Assembly: GCA_964413015.1 (NCBI GenBank)
Contig: CAYPQZ010000014.1
Location: 459 to 64,458 of the forward strand
Reading direction: 5' to 3'
Source: an uncultured Candidatus Saccharibacteria bacterium
Lineage (GTDB): Bacteria > Patescibacteriota > Minisyncoccia > Portnoybacterales > UBA2143
DNA length: 64,000 nucleotides
The notes under the pieces were generated by a model. It had not been told where the DNA came from and searched no databases. It saw only the letters and a list, made by a program, of their open reading frames with translations. Position 1 is the stretch's first letter; every line of letters begins with the position of its first letter. The position numbers were made by a program, and so were the translations under genes. Below are positions 62,279-64,000 of this stretch, piece after piece.

Positions 62279-62375
62279 AATTTTTATTAGAATAAATTAA
62301 TTGATTATTTCTAATTAAGCTGTTCGACTTTTTAGAATTGTAAATTCTAACAGCTTACAAGATAAAAGCGTAATC

Positions 62376-62768
62376 TTACTTTTCTTTTTCAATCAGCTTT
62401 AGCATTTTCATTGATAGCCATTTTCTTTTGTTAAAGATAATATGATCGTAAAGTTCAATATCTAGGATCTCGCCAGCTTTCTTTAATCTTTGCGTGACTT
62501 CTATATCATCCTGCGATGGTTCAAGATCACTGCTTGGATGATTGTGCAGTACAATTATCATCTTTGCTGAATTCATCACTGCTGGTTTAAATGTTTCTCT
62601 TGGATGGACGAGACAAGCATTGAGAGTTCCTAAACTAATCAATTCTGCTTTTGTAATCTTTGTTCGTGAGTCAAAATAGATTCCAATAAAATGCTCTTTA
62701 TACCAATCGGTTATTAATGTTCTAGCTATTCTTACTGATTCAATTGGATGATCAATAATTTTAGCCAT
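62376..62768 (-). CDS. RadC-like JAB/MPN domain protein
   Basis: JAMM-like motif HNHPS..EPS..D in a 130-aa protein; typical of RadC in mobile elements. Confidence 0.72.
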   Translation of the reverse strand: MAKIIDHPIESVRIARTLITDWYKEHFIGIYFDSRTKITKAELISLGTLNACLVHPRETFKPAVMNSAKMIIVLHNHPSSDLEPSQDDIEVTQRLKKAGEILDIELYDHIIFNKRKWLSMKMLKLIEKEK

Positions 62769-62794
62769 AATATTTTCCTTTCTCCCTTGCGGGA

Positions 62795-62980
62795 TTAGTA
62801 TTCTATATCAATCGCAAAATTGTGATTGTTGACCTTATCACATGCATCTTCCCAAAGCTTGAACCATTCCTGATTTGTCTTTGGTTTTTCTCTTTTTTCT
62901 TCTTCAAGGATTGAGTCCATGGTTTCAACAATAATCTTATTCTTTGTTTCCGAATCAAGGTCATGAAAGTAAATTTTCAT
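62795..62980 (-). CDS. hypothetical small protein
   Basis: 61-aa ORF in operon-like arrangement with the RadC gene. Confidence 0.3.
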   Translation of the reverse strand: MKIYFHDLDSETKNKIIVETMDSILEEEKREKPKTNQEWFKLWEDACDKVNNHNFAIDIEY

Positions 62981-63051
62981 TTTTTTTCACCTCCCTTCTT
63001 TTATTTGCCAGGTATCGACCTACCCGGCTTTAATTAATTTATCGACTTTTT

Positions 63052-63258
63052 TTAGCTAACGCAGTGAACGTTTCTTTCAATATCTTTTCTATCTAGTTCT
63101 ACTAATGAAGGATGTTTCATTAATTTTTCAACCGCATCCTTTTTGTCATCAGCTTTTATCTCAATTTCAAAGTCTGAAGCTGCGCAATGGCTTTTTAAAA
63201 AACAGGCATAAATCTTTTGCCTGCTTTTTGATCTCTTAGTCATATTTATCATCACCAC
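63052..63258 (-). CDS. hypothetical small protein
   Basis: 68-aa ORF. No family. Confidence 0.3.
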   Translation of the reverse strand: MVMINMTKRSKSRQKIYACFLKSHCAASDFEIEIKADDKKDAVEKLMKHPSLVELDRKDIERNVHCVS

Positions 63259-64000
63259 CTTTCTTGGTTATTTAGGAAATACTCTAGCTAAAAGAATTTC
63301 ATTCAATATATTTACTTCGCTCAAACCATTTCCAAATTACTCCCAAGACCCCGCGTTTTGCTTAAGCGATAACAACGCTGTATCAATAGCCAAGCTTTCG
63401 TCTGGAAATTTGAGTAGTAAAATTTATTAAGGAACTGGATTTTAATATTATTTAAAAAAGCAAAAACAGGGATATGTTTAAAGTTGGACTTTAAAATCCT
63501 TAAATAATAATTTTCTGGTCCACGCTAAGAAGATAATATCTAAATCTTTTAGTGGATTTTAATTTAGAAAACATATTTTGAGGGACTCAAAATTGTTGCT
63601 AAATTAAAAAAGAAAATTATTATTTAACTCAAAGGAATAAAACTTTAAACATATTTCAGTTTTTGCTATAATTTTTTATTAAAATCAGTTTCTTATTTAA
63701 ATTTCTACTCAAATTTTACAGATGAAAGCGTATGGCTTTACAGTGTTGTTATGTTTAAGCAAGACGCTTTGGATGTAATTTGGAATATATGGTTTCGAAG
63801 TAAATATATTAATGAAAAATTGATAGAGTATTGGTTTTGATTGAAGTAAATAAGGATGCAATAAAAAAAAATAGAGATTACTCTCTATTTTTTAATATCC
63901 ATTCCCCCCAGAGGTTATTTTTCAGAGATATTTAATTAGTACTCTGTGCGAAAAATTTCTGTTTTTGTTAAAATTTCAGGCCTAACTCTTGAAATTATTA

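Larger units (their letters stand above)
56570..64000. mobile_element. AT-rich putative integrative mobile element (boundary beyond the window end)
   Basis: Marked drop in GC relative to the rest of the window, two tyrosine recombinases, a replication-type NTPase, HTH, topo-ZnF and RadC genes, and a long non-coding tail with inverted repeats. Confidence 0.65.

Overview
Largely a housekeeping locus from what looks like a Candidate Phyla Radiation (CPR, Parcubacteria-like) bacterium. Supporting signs: rpsE runs straight into rplO with no L30 gene, L11 is not followed by L1/L10/L7, and the 16S rRNA gene is split by a ~970-nt intron encoding a LAGLIDADG homing endonuclease. The standard genetic code is in use (UGA/UAA/UAG stops, RF2 present). 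Genes I can support, in order: rpsE-rplO-secY-adk-map; thrS and dnaE on the minus strand; ligA, gatC, gatA; a minus-strand tRNA cluster (Asp plus two CAT-anticodon tRNAs); pheS, a type IV pilin, pheT, gyrB; secE-nusG-rplK; glyA, folD, gatB; miaA and miaB (minus); GT2-galT-dedA-tpiA-pgk-recJ-rnhA; RNase P RNA; an envelope glycan cluster (sugar phosphotransferase, three GT4, a DUF4012-like protein, a LamG protein, murJ); lepA, ftsB-like; tRNA-Gly and tRNA-Thr; a domain-1-less prfB; ftsE, ftsX, tRNA-Gln, rpmF, nusB, rnc, rpsP, a KH protein, trmD, and the 16S rRNA. After position ~56.6 kb the sequence becomes much more AT-rich and carries mobile-element genes: two paralogous tyrosine recombinases in tandem, a zinc-ribbon protein, a P-loop replication-type protein, an HTH protein, a topoisomerase-type zinc-finger protein and a RadC/JAB protein. 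This element abuts the 3' end of the 16S gene and runs off the window. The most notable non-genic signal is a dense family of palindromic repeats with core GGAC-N-GTCC, often flanked by TTAA. The same sequences recur as 61-67-nt composite palindromes in many intergenic spacers, and one perfect 61-nt copy sits in-frame inside the miaB coding sequence. Other repeat families: a CCTGCCCGCAATGC...CATAG motif (inside pheS, in the secE leader and in the 16S leader), and a ~115-nt AT-rich direct repeat before both rnc and rpsP. The prfB gene encodes only domains 2-4.
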